DNA of 64,000 nucleotides from Histomonas meleagridis 2922-C6/04-290x (Eukaryota > Protista > Parabasalia). The position numbers were made by a program, and so were the translations under genes. Of this stretch, positions 30,575-41,309 are shown piece by piece. The notes below the pieces were generated by a model, which saw only the letters and a list, made by a program, of their open reading frames with translations, ran no database searches and was not told the origin of the DNA. Every line of letters begins with the position of its first letter. Positions within the stretch are counted from its first letter, which is position 1. The stretch is from the NCBI GenBank assembly GCA_020184695.1, contig JAANOX010000246.1, positions 62,001-126,000 on the forward strand, read 5' to 3'.

Positions 30575-32329
30575 TCAAATAGAATTCGATGCGCTAGGGT
30601 TCGTCAATGCCATTGGTTTATTCTTTGTGTGCTTTGGCTGCAATTTTTGCTTGCGATCAATATTATTTTTCTCGAGTTTTCTTTCATCGATTACATTTGC
30701 GAATGTATTTTGGCATATCTCAATCAGGTCCTTTTGTGATTGTTGAGATAAATAATTTGGTGATGAAAGAATTTTTGATGCCAAAGGAATTATGTTCTGT
30801 AAAGAAACCTCTAGTGTAACGTCAAGCTTCTTTAAAAGTGAAACAATTGCGTCAGCGATTTCAGTTGATTTGAATTTGCCCCAAGCGATTGTTATCTTTG
30901 GCAATGAAATTTCCGCAAATGTATCTGGATCAACTTTCATATGGCAATCACTTAAAGTCAAAATAGAGTTAGCAATGATATCTTCATTATCAGATTCTGA
31001 TATTAAATTACAAAGTTTTGGAATAATAACTTCTCTTATTACGCTTGAATTGATTGTCTTAAGAATTAATGGTAAATAAGCAATTGCTGTATTTTGTATT
31101 CTTATATCAGTATCAGGTTTTAATGCAGCTTGAAATATTGGGAAAATTACTTCATAATGACGTTCAGGCTCCACTTTTTCCAGTAAAATATTCAAAACTG
31201 AGAAAACCGCTAGCATTTGTTCGGGCGGTTTTGTCACGGTCAAAAAGTGGTATAACGGTATCAAAATTTCGTTGTTGAATTCTCTTTTTGTATACAAAGA
31301 ACCGATTTGAAAAATTAACGGTATCGTCACAGGGCAGTACCTTTCGTCCTCCAAAGTTTCCTTCATGAAAAGGGGCATAAGCTTAATCCTATTCATTCTT
31401 TCAGAGAAGATATCCAATGTCCGAATTAACGACTTATAAAAATTGAATTTTTCCGCAGGTTTTTTGGTTAATATGTTATCGATATATTGGTAAACTTTCG
31501 TTTGAACTGAATTAAGTGTAGACTCTATTTGGATGATGGATGGCCTTGTTTCAGGAGATACAGAAATACATGATTTAAGAAGTTTGGAAATCGGTTCTGT
31601 TACATTTGGAATTGTTAAAGTATATTCATCGCTTAGTTTTCGTAAGATTTCATGCGGAGATTTACATGTAAATAAGTTTCGTTGCATATATAATGATATT
31701 AGAACTACTCCAAAACTAAATATATCGGCTGACTTTGTGATCGTTTGATTTAATGTAAGTTCTGGTGCTGAGAAATTTACATCAGGAAGAAAAGGAGATG
31801 GATTCCAATTCCCATATTTTGGAAATACTTTGTACGATTCGCCAATTATTGACGATGAAAAATTAAATGAACATAATTTTAAGGTTAAGTCTTCGGTTAA
31901 AACAATGGACGTAGGAGATATACCCAAATGAGCAATATTCGCATTTTCATGAAGGAAATCTAATGCAGAAATTAATTGTTTCCCAATGTATTCTACTTCA
32001 TCCGTTGTTAAGCTCCTTTCATTGACCAAGCATGAATGAATTGGCTCGGCTGAAAAAGCAATTTGTTTTGGATTTTCGTTCGCTTCAAGAATTTTTAAAA
32101 TATGTGGATGTCTCAATTTGCGAATTTGCTGGATAGAATAAATGCATGATTCTAAGTATTTTTCATTGTCTGTTTTTTGCTTATTTTGATCAAGCATTTT
32201 TTGATTATCAAACAACCAGAGAGATACCTTTTCCCCAGAATTTTTCTTTACAGCACTATGCACCTTCCAAAAGCCTGTTGTAAATATTGGCATTATCTGA
32301 TCAAATGATGCTGAAAGGTCTGCTCCCAT
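30575..32329 (-). CDS. SCY1-like pseudokinase with HEAT repeats (SCYL2-like)
   Basis: LRHPHILK, AHLGISPTSIVL and LKLCSF (no HRD or DFG), followed by HEAT repeats. The N-terminal MG suggests myristoylation. Confidence 0.85.
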   Translation of the reverse strand: MGADLSASFDQIMPIFTTGFWKVHSAVKKNSGEKVSLWLFDNQKMLDQNKQKTDNEKYLESCIYSIQQIRKLRHPHILKILEANENPKQIAFSAEPIHSCLVNERSLTTDEVEYIGKQLISALDFLHENANIAHLGISPTSIVLTEDLTLKLCSFNFSSSIIGESYKVFPKYGNWNPSPFLPDVNFSAPELTLNQTITKSADIFSFGVVLISLYMQRNLFTCKSPHEILRKLSDEYTLTIPNVTEPISKLLKSCISVSPETRPSIIQIESTLNSVQTKVYQYIDNILTKKPAEKFNFYKSLIRTLDIFSERMNRIKLMPLFMKETLEDERYCPVTIPLIFQIGSLYTKREFNNEILIPLYHFLTVTKPPEQMLAVFSVLNILLEKVEPERHYEVIFPIFQAALKPDTDIRIQNTAIAYLPLILKTINSSVIREVIIPKLCNLISESDNEDIIANSILTLSDCHMKVDPDTFAEISLPKITIAWGKFKSTEIADAIVSLLKKLDVTLEVSLQNIIPLASKILSSPNYLSQQSQKDLIEICQNTFANVIDERKLEKNNIDRKQKLQPKHTKNKPMALTNPSASNSI

Positions 32330-32784
32330 TTCTTTTTTTGAATTTTCGTAAATGTCAATAAAAATTAAATGAAAAAATAATTGTCAACACTTCATCACAT
32401 CTAAGTTCATTTTTCTCATAAAAAAATTATACTCAATGAATAATATCATCATAAAAATGATAATAAATTTTCAAAAGTCCGATTTCCTTCCATAAAATTA
32501 TTGATTGAATTTGAACAAATGATTTTTAATTTAACTCAAGAAAATCTTGAACTAACAATATAAAGAACAATGAAATTATTTGATTCGAATTTCCCATGTT
32601 CATATAATTTAATTATAAGTAATTTAGTTTATTTTGCATTTTATTCAAAAAAGGATTTAAATGATAATCAAACTAAAGAAGAAGAAATTCATCAAAATAT
32701 TCACAAATTGAAATATTTCAAATTAAACCGTTTATTGGAAACCGTTAATTAAGACGTTTATTTATTAAAGCTTGTTAATTTGTA

Positions 32785-33750
32785 ATGGCACAAATTCCAT
32801 GGGTAGAAAAGTTCAGACCAAAAGTGTTAAATGATGTTGTTGGAAATCGTGCTGCTGTTGAACGACTTCGAATTATTGCATCTCAAGGAAACATTCCAAA
32901 TCTTATTTTAACAGGCCCACCTGGTATTGGTAAAACCACTTCACTTCTCTGTCTTTGCAATGAGCTTCTTGGTAATCTTGTTAAAGAAGCTGTTATTGAA
33001 TTAAATGCATCAGATGAACGAGGCATTGAAGTTGTTCGTCAATCAATCAAATCCTTTGCCAAGAAACATGTTAACCTACCACAAGGCCGTCACAAAATTA
33101 TACTTTTAGATGAAGCAGATTCAATGACACCCGCTGCACAACAAGCGATGCGTAGAATCATGGAAAAATATTCCAACACAACACGCTTTGTCTTTGCATG
33201 CAACATGAGCGACAAAGTTATTGAACCCATTCAAAGTAGATGTGCAATAGTTCGATTTACCAAAGTCGAAGAAGGTGAAATTGCGACACGACTAGCACAA
33301 ATCTGCGAACAACAAAACGTAGGCTTTACCAAAGAAGGCATTGACGCGCTTGCTGTATTATCTGATGGAGATATGCGTACTGCCGTTAATGGTTTACAAG
33401 CCACAGCCATACGCTATGGATTTATAAATCCCGAAAATGTGCAAAACACAGTCGATGCGCCCAATCCTACGGCGATGACCGAAATTTATGATTCGATGAG
33501 AAAGGAGGATTTAAGGTCAGCATTGACTGTGTTGTCGGGATTAGAAATGAGAGGCCACAGCGCATCAGATATAGTACAGTCATTATTTAAGGCCGCCAGA
33601 AGAGATTTGATATTTGGCGAGAAATTAAAATTGTTGATTCTTAAGGAAATTGGTTTGACGCAGATGGCAATGGCACAGGGAGTGTCTAGCCCACTGCAAT
33701 TAGACGGATTGTTAGCACGCATATATAAAATTATTCAGGCGAACAAGTAA
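32785..33750 (+). CDS. RFC2: Replication factor C small subunit (human RFC2/yeast Rfc4 type)
   Basis: PWVEKFRP, GPPGIGKT, ELNASDERGI, DEADSM and SRC motifs. Confidence 0.95.
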   Translation: MAQIPWVEKFRPKVLNDVVGNRAAVERLRIIASQGNIPNLILTGPPGIGKTTSLLCLCNELLGNLVKEAVIELNASDERGIEVVRQSIKSFAKKHVNLPQGRHKIILLDEADSMTPAAQQAMRRIMEKYSNTTRFVFACNMSDKVIEPIQSRCAIVRFTKVEEGEIATRLAQICEQQNVGFTKEGIDALAVLSDGDMRTAVNGLQATAIRYGFINPENVQNTVDAPNPTAMTEIYDSMRKEDLRSALTVLSGLEMRGHSASDIVQSLFKAARRDLIFGEKLKLLILKEIGLTQMAMAQGVSSPLQLDGLLARIYKIIQANK

Positions 33751-34300
33751 AAGTGATTTTTATTTCTATCGGCTGTTTTTTGGAAATTGCTACTGCGGAT
33801 GAATCGAACTGACGTAATTACGAGTTTATACTGCTGTACATTGAAAAAATGATTCCTAAGTGTAACACTACAATTGTGATACTAATTATTATTTCATTAT
33901 ATCTTCTGAAACTTTATTGAGACGTAAGAAAAAATCGAAAAATGTATAAAGTTAATTTTTAAATTCACCATCATAAGTTTTTAAAGTTTCATTTTAATTA
34001 TTTGATGTACACTAAAATTTATCAATTCATTATGAAGAAAAAATATAAAAAAAATATCTCCCGCATATTTACTAATTTTTTTTTTTTCATAACTACTGCT
34101 CATTCTCATTAGAGTCAATATAATAATATCTTGATTAACAGTTTCTCGTTCATTTTCATCACTAAAATGAATACCAACACATTCTACTGATATTTGTGTG
34201 CTTACTTTTTCTTTCTTGCTATTGTTATAACGAATTAAAAATAAAAAAGCACCAATAATAATAAGAACGATTACAAACAATTCAAGTGCTTGTATCGGTT

Positions 34301-34723
34301 ATGGGTAAAAATTACCCTTCATATCCCGTCCATATGCTTGAGGACTTCAGCGATTCTGATTATACAGATGATACCGAAAATGAAGAAGAGGTTGCTATCA
34401 TCATGAATGTACACATGCCAATTCAAGAGGAGCAAAGGCAAAGATATGATCCATTTTTTTCTCTTGCTGCACATCATCAGCAATTTAAGCCAACAAACTT
34501 TATTGCCTTACCAAACCTAAAATTTGTTCCAACCATAGAGGAAGAAAAAGAAGGTGATGAGCCAAAACCGTGGAGAGAGACACCAAAATTAATGCCTGAT
34601 TATTTTAATTATGGATTTACAGAACTCGTTTGGGAAGCTTACAAATACAAGCAGCATGCACTTCGCCAAATGTATTCTGATAAAAAAACTAATAACTTAC
34701 ATCGGAGAAATCAAAGAAAGTAA
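34301..34723 (+). CDS. Fip1-motif protein (poly(A) machinery), paralogue A
   Basis: KPWRETPKLMPDYFNYGFTELVWEAY matches the Fip1 signature KPW..PGADISDYFNYGF.E..W..Y. Confidence 0.8.
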   Translation: MGKNYPSYPVHMLEDFSDSDYTDDTENEEEVAIIMNVHMPIQEEQRQRYDPFFSLAAHHQQFKPTNFIALPNLKFVPTIEEEKEGDEPKPWRETPKLMPDYFNYGFTELVWEAYKYKQHALRQMYSDKKTNNLHRRNQRK

Positions 34724-34871
34724 TAAATATGTTTTTTTATACATTTTAGTTTTACTTTAATAACATTGCTAATGTTTGCTTATGAACTTATTTAAAGTAA
34801 TTTTTGTTTTTTTAAGTTTTTCTTGATGAAAATAATTTTAACGTCTTACAGCTTTAACGGTTTCCTCTTCA

Positions 34872-36185
34872 ATGATATCAAAAGAGGATTTCAAGCTTCT
34901 CCAGGAAAAGCTTGTTTCCTTATCAGAACAAAGCGAAGAATATCAAGCCAAGATTAATGAGCTGAAAGAACAAAACTCTCAAATTCCTTCATTGCAAAAT
35001 AAAATGAAGGAAATGACAAAAGAAAATGAAAAAGAAGAAGAAAGGCAAATGAAAGAACTTCAAGATGCATCGGCCAAGCTTAATCAATTGCGTTCTGATT
35101 CAAAGAAGTCAATATTTGATTTATCTGAAAGAAAGATCCAAAAACTCGAAAATAAAATTAAGATTTTGCGCAAAAAGTTCGAAGACCTAATGAAAACAGA
35201 GGATGAGTTAAATGCTACGAATGATGAAAATCGAAAACAGATACATGTAATCAAACAAGACGCAGAATCTTTACAAACACAGATCAACAAATTCGAGAAG
35301 TTATGTCTTAGAGTTCCTCCATCTGCTCCTATTCTTCTACAAATTACTGATTTAGAGACATCATATTCTCAACTTAGAAATCTTCATCAGCAAAATTCAA
35401 GTCGAATTCCAATACTTGAAACTCAAATATCCGATCTTACTTCTGAAGTTCAACTCAAAGGTTCTCAATATTATAGGCTCAAAGGCGATCTTGATTCAAT
35501 ACAATCAAATATCGATAAATCCAAATCTTCGAAATCAGAACTTATTTCTACACTTCAAAACATCAGTGGACAACTTGAAGAAGACGGCATTGCTAATAAA
35601 TCCGAGAACCTTCGAGCTATAGAAGAACGAAAACGCAACGAATCGCTCGAGGAGTCAGAAAAAAGTGACGTTTCACAACTAGAAGCGTCACTTTTGTCAC
35701 TCAAAGAAAAAGAAACCGATTTTTCAAATGACATTTCTGCCCTCAAAAGCGATCATGCGAAAGTTATTCTAAAGAAGAAACAAATGATTGATCAACTGAA
35801 TAAGAAGATGAAAGAAACAAAACATGAAATTGAAGAAGCTCAGTCAAATAACCCTGAAGTTTTTCAACTTACATCAGATCTCGAGAAGGAATGGATCGAA
35901 CATGAACAATTGCTTGACATATATAAAGACAAGTGCAGCGTATTAGAGAAGAAAAAAGAGCTTTTAAGAAGAAGGAAAATTGCAATCGCAGAAATAAGAA
36001 ACAGATGGCCTCCAGATGGAAGAGTCAAAGCAAAGAAAGGTATGCCTGAACTATGTTGCATTTATGAAGAGGCATTGGTAATGAATAGAAAACTTGCGGG
36101 AGATGTAAATAGTCTGAATGGAGAGATTGAAATTTATAGGGAAATGAACACTAAGCTAAAGAAAGAGTTGAAAATAGCTGATTGA
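34872..36185 (+). CDS. Long coiled-coil protein
   Basis: 437 aa, E/K/Q/L heptad-rich. M3-like AACGGTTT at 34856-34863. Confidence 0.75.
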   Translation: MISKEDFKLLQEKLVSLSEQSEEYQAKINELKEQNSQIPSLQNKMKEMTKENEKEEERQMKELQDASAKLNQLRSDSKKSIFDLSERKIQKLENKIKILRKKFEDLMKTEDELNATNDENRKQIHVIKQDAESLQTQINKFEKLCLRVPPSAPILLQITDLETSYSQLRNLHQQNSSRIPILETQISDLTSEVQLKGSQYYRLKGDLDSIQSNIDKSKSSKSELISTLQNISGQLEEDGIANKSENLRAIEERKRNESLEESEKSDVSQLEASLLSLKEKETDFSNDISALKSDHAKVILKKKQMIDQLNKKMKETKHEIEEAQSNNPEVFQLTSDLEKEWIEHEQLLDIYKDKCSVLEKKKELLRRRKIAIAEIRNRWPPDGRVKAKKGMPELCCIYEEALVMNRKLAGDVNSLNGEIEIYREMNTKLKKELKIAD

Positions 36186-36545
36186 TAAATAATGTGATCA
36201 TAAAAAGAAACAATTTGATAGTTCATTAAAATTTCTTAGTAATATTAAATAATTTTGGAATCACAATAAAGTTTAAATATCATAGGTAACAATTACTTTT
36301 GAAAGCTAAAGCAGTTGCCCTTGTCTTTGTACTGATTATTATTTTGATTAAAGTTTCAAATGATTAATATTGTGATCAAATATTATAATATGTATACATT
36401 GATTTGCTTTGACACGCTTTAATTTTTTCTATAAACTTGGTTATAATAAACTGTTCTGATCATACCAAAGCAAGTTAACTTGATATTCATTTCAAATTAG
36501 GGTACTCCTAAAACGTTAAAATATCAGGAAGGAAAAAGTAATAAA

Positions 36546-37088
36546 ATGTGTTTCCACGGCCCTGACCTGAATTTTATTGTTATAGGACTTGACAACGCTG
36601 GCAAGTCTACAATAATCAACCAATTGAAACCACAAATCGTTTTTTTATTTTCTAATTTTTAGTGTCAATCCACAAAAATAGATCCAACAGATGGTATTTC
36701 AAATCCATGGATTCCATTCCATGAGTTTAGAATTCGTTTCAGGGATATGAGCGGTACAAATAACTCAAGACCTCTTTGGCAACAATATGCTGATAATCTC
36801 AACGGAATAATTTTTGTTATTGACTCTAGTGATAACATAAGATTCTCTACAGCAGCAGATGAACTTCATGCTTTCTTGGATCTCCCTCCAATTAAAGAAA
36901 AACCTATCCCACTTCTTGTTTTCGCAAATAAAAATGATATTCAAGGCAGTGCTCCAGTTGAAGTGATACAGAGGGAGTTACGTCTTGAGAATTATACAGC
37001 ACATCCAACGTTGGTTAAGGGTGTTTGTTCACATTTTCCAAAAGAAATTTTTTCTGGTTTAGAATGGATTGTAAAGCGTCATGTATAA
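36546..37088 (+). CDS. Arf-like GTPase, ARL6/BBS3-like, two exons (36546-36638 and 36663-37088)
   Basis: Exon 1 encodes GLDNAGKSTIINQLKP. After removing 24 nt the frame continues through PTDG, DMSG, IFVIDSSD and FANKND, giving 172 aa. Confidence 0.85.
36639..36662 (+). other. 24-nt spliceosomal intron
   Basis: GTTTTTTTATTTTCTAATTTTTAG has a GT donor, CTAA branch motif and TAG acceptor. Retention gives an in-frame TAG. Confidence 0.8.
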
Positions 37089-37325
37089 TTTTTCGGAGTA
37101 ATGTCTAAGTATACTTAATTCAAATTTCAATTAGAAAATGATACAATGATTTCAAATTAAATATTTTATTAAAGACATTATTTTGTTCATTTGGCATTTT
37201 AATTGTATTAATTTTAATGATAGTTACAATAGTAGTTAGCAACTCATGGTGAATGAACATCGAAAAATTCAATGCGTTTTCATCGGAATATGACACAGTG
37301 TCACTTTTTAACCTCAAAGTTAAGG

Positions 37326-38057
37326 ATGTCTCTTTTAGATGGGCAGGACCAGGCTCCAATTCAGCCATTTCCGCAAGAATTTACCAACCTTAAGACAACT
37401 GTTTTCACACTTCCAATTGAGCACACTGTAAATATGAAAGCACTTGTTTTATCAGATCAATTTTTTGGTAAGACTCTTCCCTTGACAAAATCTATCCCTC
37501 AATGCATGAAAAATATTATGACAATAATATCTAGAGAAAATATCACATGTATATTATTAATTGGTGATTTGGTTTATTTCCAAAAAGATGAAAAACAAAC
37601 CAAAAGCATAATTAAGAAAGTTATACATGTTTTAGAGGAAATCCCTCTTCCAGTTTATATCATGGGAGGAGAACAAAATCGTCAAATCTTGTATGAAATG
37701 AAATACAACAAACCAGGTTCCAACGTCCATGTCGTTTATGATTTCATGCTAAAGATTAAGCATCCAGCTCCTCCACCTGGCACAATTCCAAATGTTTATC
37801 TAACACATGATGTTAAAAACCCACTTCCTGTCAAGCCTGACCAAGTTGAATCATTTGTATTTTCCTTAAAGAATGCATTCAACCAGGAAATTGCCAATGA
37901 AGACTTCCTTTTGGTTGGACATTGCAATGGATATTCATTAAATGAACAAGGAAGATATGGCTCAATCAAAGAATTTTCACCAGACAACCACCGTAATGGC
38001 TACGCAGTTATCACATGTGCAAAGGAAGGGTTCAATGTAAACATTGTTGGAAAGTGA
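37326..38057 (+). CDS. Calcineurin-like metallophosphoesterase-fold protein with degenerate metal motifs
   Basis: LVLSDQF, LIGDLVYF, MGGEQNR, YLTHD and LVGHCN occupy the positions of DxH, GDxxD, GNHD, H and GHxH. Confidence 0.6.
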   Translation: MSLLDGQDQAPIQPFPQEFTNLKTTVFTLPIEHTVNMKALVLSDQFFGKTLPLTKSIPQCMKNIMTIISRENITCILLIGDLVYFQKDEKQTKSIIKKVIHVLEEIPLPVYIMGGEQNRQILYEMKYNKPGSNVHVVYDFMLKIKHPAPPPGTIPNVYLTHDVKNPLPVKPDQVESFVFSLKNAFNQEIANEDFLLVGHCNGYSLNEQGRYGSIKEFSPDNHRNGYAVITCAKEGFNVNIVGK

Positions 38058-38102
38058 AAAAAAAATAATAAACTCAATTTGTAAAATTAGATAAAATGCA
38101 TT

Positions 38103-38417
38103 TTACCATGTTGGTTCTGCGTGCTTCTTCTTCTTGTCAACCATCCATTCGAATTTCCTGAGACGACCGAGGCAATACATTGAAGATTTCTTGCATTGCT
38201 GGCATGTGAAACGAAGGCTGATCTTCTTTGATGTCTTCTTGCTACGACGAAGGAATGGCTTAACACGACCCACGAAACCTTCTTGCTTACGATCATACCT
38301 ACGACGACCGAGAGCGACCTTACGTTCTTCACCACGACTAGCTTGTGTTACCTTTACTGTTGTGTGTTTCTTGCAGAATTTGCAGAAGAATTTCTTTGTT
38401 TTTGGATAGTGTACCAT
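38103..38417 (-). CDS. RPL36A: 60S ribosomal protein eL42 (L44/L36a), divergent
   Basis: MVxxPK, CKFCKKH, GRRRYDRKQ, KP and KKISLRFTCQQC. 104 aa. Confidence 0.88.
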   Translation of the reverse strand: MVHYPKTKKFFCKFCKKHTTVKVTQASRGEERKVALGRRRYDRKQEGFVGRVKPFLRRSKKTSKKISLRFTCQQCKKSSMYCLGRLRKFEWMVDKKKKHAEPTW

Positions 38418-38645
38418 TTCGAAAGGCCATATCAAACCTCTTTAACCGTCGCAATAACGGTAATAGAAGAAAATAAAAATACATCTTTATACGATTGATC
38501 AAATTGAAGTCAGCTTATAAGGTATTCATCTGGAATGTAAGTGTGAGATTAAAATAGTGTGTTATTGCTTAATATTGATGGCGTTTTTGGAGGATGAGTT
38601 GATTATTTTTTGAATGAAGAATGACGGTTTGTTTCCATAGGTGTT

Positions 38646-39464
38646 ATGATTCCACTGCTTGATGATTTCCTTATGCTCTGTGTAAGGGTTGACTTCTTTG
38701 ATCGCTTCTTGCAAGTGTCATTAGTTCTGTCAATTTTGGCAATGGTGTTTGTTACGTTCAAGACAATACCATATGGAAAAACATACACTCGCGGAAAATC
38801 TATTTTCAAAATCGAAATTAAGGATAGGATTGCTGTGATTCTTATAAACTCACCGGGACCTCTTATTTTCTTTTATTCACAGATTTTCTATCCAAATGGT
38901 GACTTATTCTCATTACCATCTGTCCTTTATTTGCTCCACTACATCCACCGTACACTCATTTATCCATGGTTCCGTAAAACATACTCCAAACCATGGCCAC
39001 TTGAATCTGTCATCTTCTATTTCTGCAGCAATTTCTTTGTTGGACTCACATTTTCCCATCTTATGATCTTCAGCGGTAAGGAGCTTGATCGTTCCATCCA
39101 AATTTTACTTTCAGTCTTATTCATTGGATTTGCTATTGCTAACGCATTCTTCGATTACAAGCTTTGCGCACTCAGAAGAGCCGGAGACCAAGGATACCAA
39201 GTTCCACACGGTCTTCTTTTCGAATATGTTTCCGGTCCACATTATTTATTCGAATTACTCGAATGGCTTAGCTACATTTTCTTCTTCCCGTTCGGATTCG
39301 GCTTTGCTACTGCAGGAATTTGGCTTTTGGCTGCTATCACTGGTCGTGCGGAATCAAATCATGAAGCATATCTCAAGAAGAACATCCTTCCAAAGAACGT
39401 CAAGTACCCAACAGGACGTGCTCCTTACATTCCATTCGTTGAGAAATCAAAATACTTAATCTAA
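38646..39464 (+). CDS. Steroid 5-alpha-reductase (SRD5A/DET2) family membrane reductase
   Basis: PYGK, HYIHRTLIYP and YQVPHGLLFEYVSGPHYLFELLEW motifs, with multiple TM helices. Confidence 0.9.
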   Translation: MIPLLDDFLMLCVRVDFFDRFLQVSLVLSILAMVFVTFKTIPYGKTYTRGKSIFKIEIKDRIAVILINSPGPLIFFYSQIFYPNGDLFSLPSVLYLLHYIHRTLIYPWFRKTYSKPWPLESVIFYFCSNFFVGLTFSHLMIFSGKELDRSIQILLSVLFIGFAIANAFFDYKLCALRRAGDQGYQVPHGLLFEYVSGPHYLFELLEWLSYIFFFPFGFGFATAGIWLLAAITGRAESNHEAYLKKNILPKNVKYPTGRAPYIPFVEKSKYLI

Positions 39465-39481
39465 AACAGAAGTTACTAATC

Positions 39482-39970
39482 CTATATAAAAGATGTTTTA
39501 CACAATGGGCATGAGTCTTGTACTTTGGCCCACTTTTCGATACAAGAGGGATGAAAGCTGTGACAGCACTGAAGAGTGGCAACCTCAGAGCCATCCCGAA
39601 GGCGTTCGAGGCATATTCCACATATTCCAGAATTGTCATATGAGTCATCTTTTGAGTATGTGCGAAGATCGTACCTAACTTGTGTGCTGCCAAACCATGG
39701 TTTGTTTTCCTCTGTGTCAAATAAAGGTTCAATGTCTTCTGAAGATCTGTGCTTACGACAAACACTTTCAAAAAAGGAAAGCAAAAGAGCAAGGATCATG
39801 CATAAAACAATGGTGATAAGCAGAGTTTTCAAAGAGACAATTCTGAATATCCATAATAATATGCATACTGAAACACCAAAAATAATAAATTGTTTTACAT
39901 GTTTGATTTTCAGCATCCCACTAATTATTTTCATGGGAGACGGGGTCTGAATATGGAAAAGATCATTCAT
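39482..39970 (-). CDS. Membrane-anchored RING-H2 E3 ligase
   Basis: Two hydrophobic helices, then CGICLE...LQCCHSFHPSCIEKW...CPLC. Confidence 0.88.
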   Translation of the reverse strand: MNDLFHIQTPSPMKIISGMLKIKHVKQFIIFGVSVCILLWIFRIVSLKTLLITIVLCMILALLLSFFESVCRKHRSSEDIEPLFDTEENKPWFGSTQVRYDLRTYSKDDSYDNSGICGICLERLRDGSEVATLQCCHSFHPSCIEKWAKVQDSCPLCKTSFI

Positions 39971-40283
39971 TCTTCTGTATATATGTAAAGTATTCAATAA
40001 AAATACCGGCTGAAATCAACAAAATGCCACAAAAAACATGAATAAATGTTATTTTAATGTTATCACAGGTATACACTTACCATATTTTTGGTGTTATTTG
40101 ATGATATAAAAAAAAAATTTCAAATTTATAAATTAGCTCTAATTAATCTGTTGAAAACCTTATTCATATCAATTTCCACTATAGCAAAGTGAAAGTGAAT
40201 ATAGATATGCTTACTAATATAAAATTATTTCCATCTTTGAGAGAAAAAAGAAAAAATGGGATTTGTAGACCGTTAAAACAAAA

Positions 40284-40559
40284 ATGAGTGGAAGAGTTAG
40301 AAGAGAGAGAAGAGACGAAAGCAAAAAGTATAGGAAAGAAAAAGAAGACACAAGGGAAGACAAGAAAGATAAAAAATATAAGAAAGATAAGAAAGACAAA
40401 CAAGAACAAAAAGAAACAAGTTATAAGTTACCATTCAAAAAAGTATATAATATCGATCTTCCAGCATTTATTGTCAAAGGGCTTTTAGAGAATAATGGCG
40501 TTAAAGAAGATCCAAAGTCAATTCAACTCAAGATAGTTCTTCAAAAGAAGAAAGATTAA
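40284..40559 (+). CDS. Small Lys/Arg/Glu-rich hypothetical protein
   Basis: 91-aa ATG-initiated ORF. M3-like GACCGTTA at 40268-40275. Confidence 0.45.
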   Translation: MSGRVRRERRDESKKYRKEKEDTREDKKDKKYKKDKKDKQEQKETSYKLPFKKVYNIDLPAFIVKGLLENNGVKEDPKSIQLKIVLQKKKD

Positions 40560-40726
40560 ACGATACTAATTTTTTTGAATAAATAAATAGCTTTTGATTT
40601 TTTTCCCTTCTTTTTTAACATTGAATTTTAATAAGAATAATGGTTGAATATAGTGAAATAATAATTTTTTGATATTTTTCTTCAATTCCATATTTCAGAA
40701 TGTCTGTTTGCTTTCCAAACTTTAAA

Positions 40727-41309
40727 ATGAGCGAACAAAAAGAAGAAGAACATCAACATAATAAAGATGAAGAAGAAAACAATGATAATGAAGATGAAGA
40801 AGAACGAAGTGAAGGTGAAAGTGAAGAAGAAGATGATGAAGACGATGAAGATGATTATGATGACGATGAAATTGAAGGTAGTGATGATGATGATGACATT
40901 AAAGTATCTTTAGATGAGAACATTACACAAACAGCAGCAGTTGAAGCAGCTAAACGTCGTTATTCTACGCAAGCACATTACACGCCGACAGGTAACTACG
41001 CAGCCATGATTACGCCCACGGAAATCTTTTTCTAGCGGTAATCGTATTCCATGGGAACTTGTTAATCCGATGGGAGTTCATCCTTCTGATCCTACGAAGT
41101 CCATCTTTAGTTATGATTTATCATCATTACCGAACACAGTTGAAGCGAAGCCATGGACAGCGCCCGATGCAGACATTTCAGATTGGTTTAATTATGGCTT
41201 TAATGAACAAACGTGGGAAAAATATCGTAAGAAAATCTTGAAAGTGATTAAGAATAAGAAATACGAATCGAAAATATCAGTTCTCACAGAACAAACATCA
41301 AAACGATGA
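40727..41309 (+). CDS. Fip1-motif protein, paralogue B (one frameshift in a T-run near 41027-41031)
   Basis: Acidic N-terminus. Removing one T gives ...TEIFSSGNRIPWELVNPMG...KPWTAPDADISDWFNYGFNEQTWEKY. Confidence 0.8.

Noticed and set aside
33981-34280. 99-aa ORF with a TM-like start
   Set aside because: Starts at TTG with an upstream in-frame stop, has no motif, and abuts the Fip1 start.
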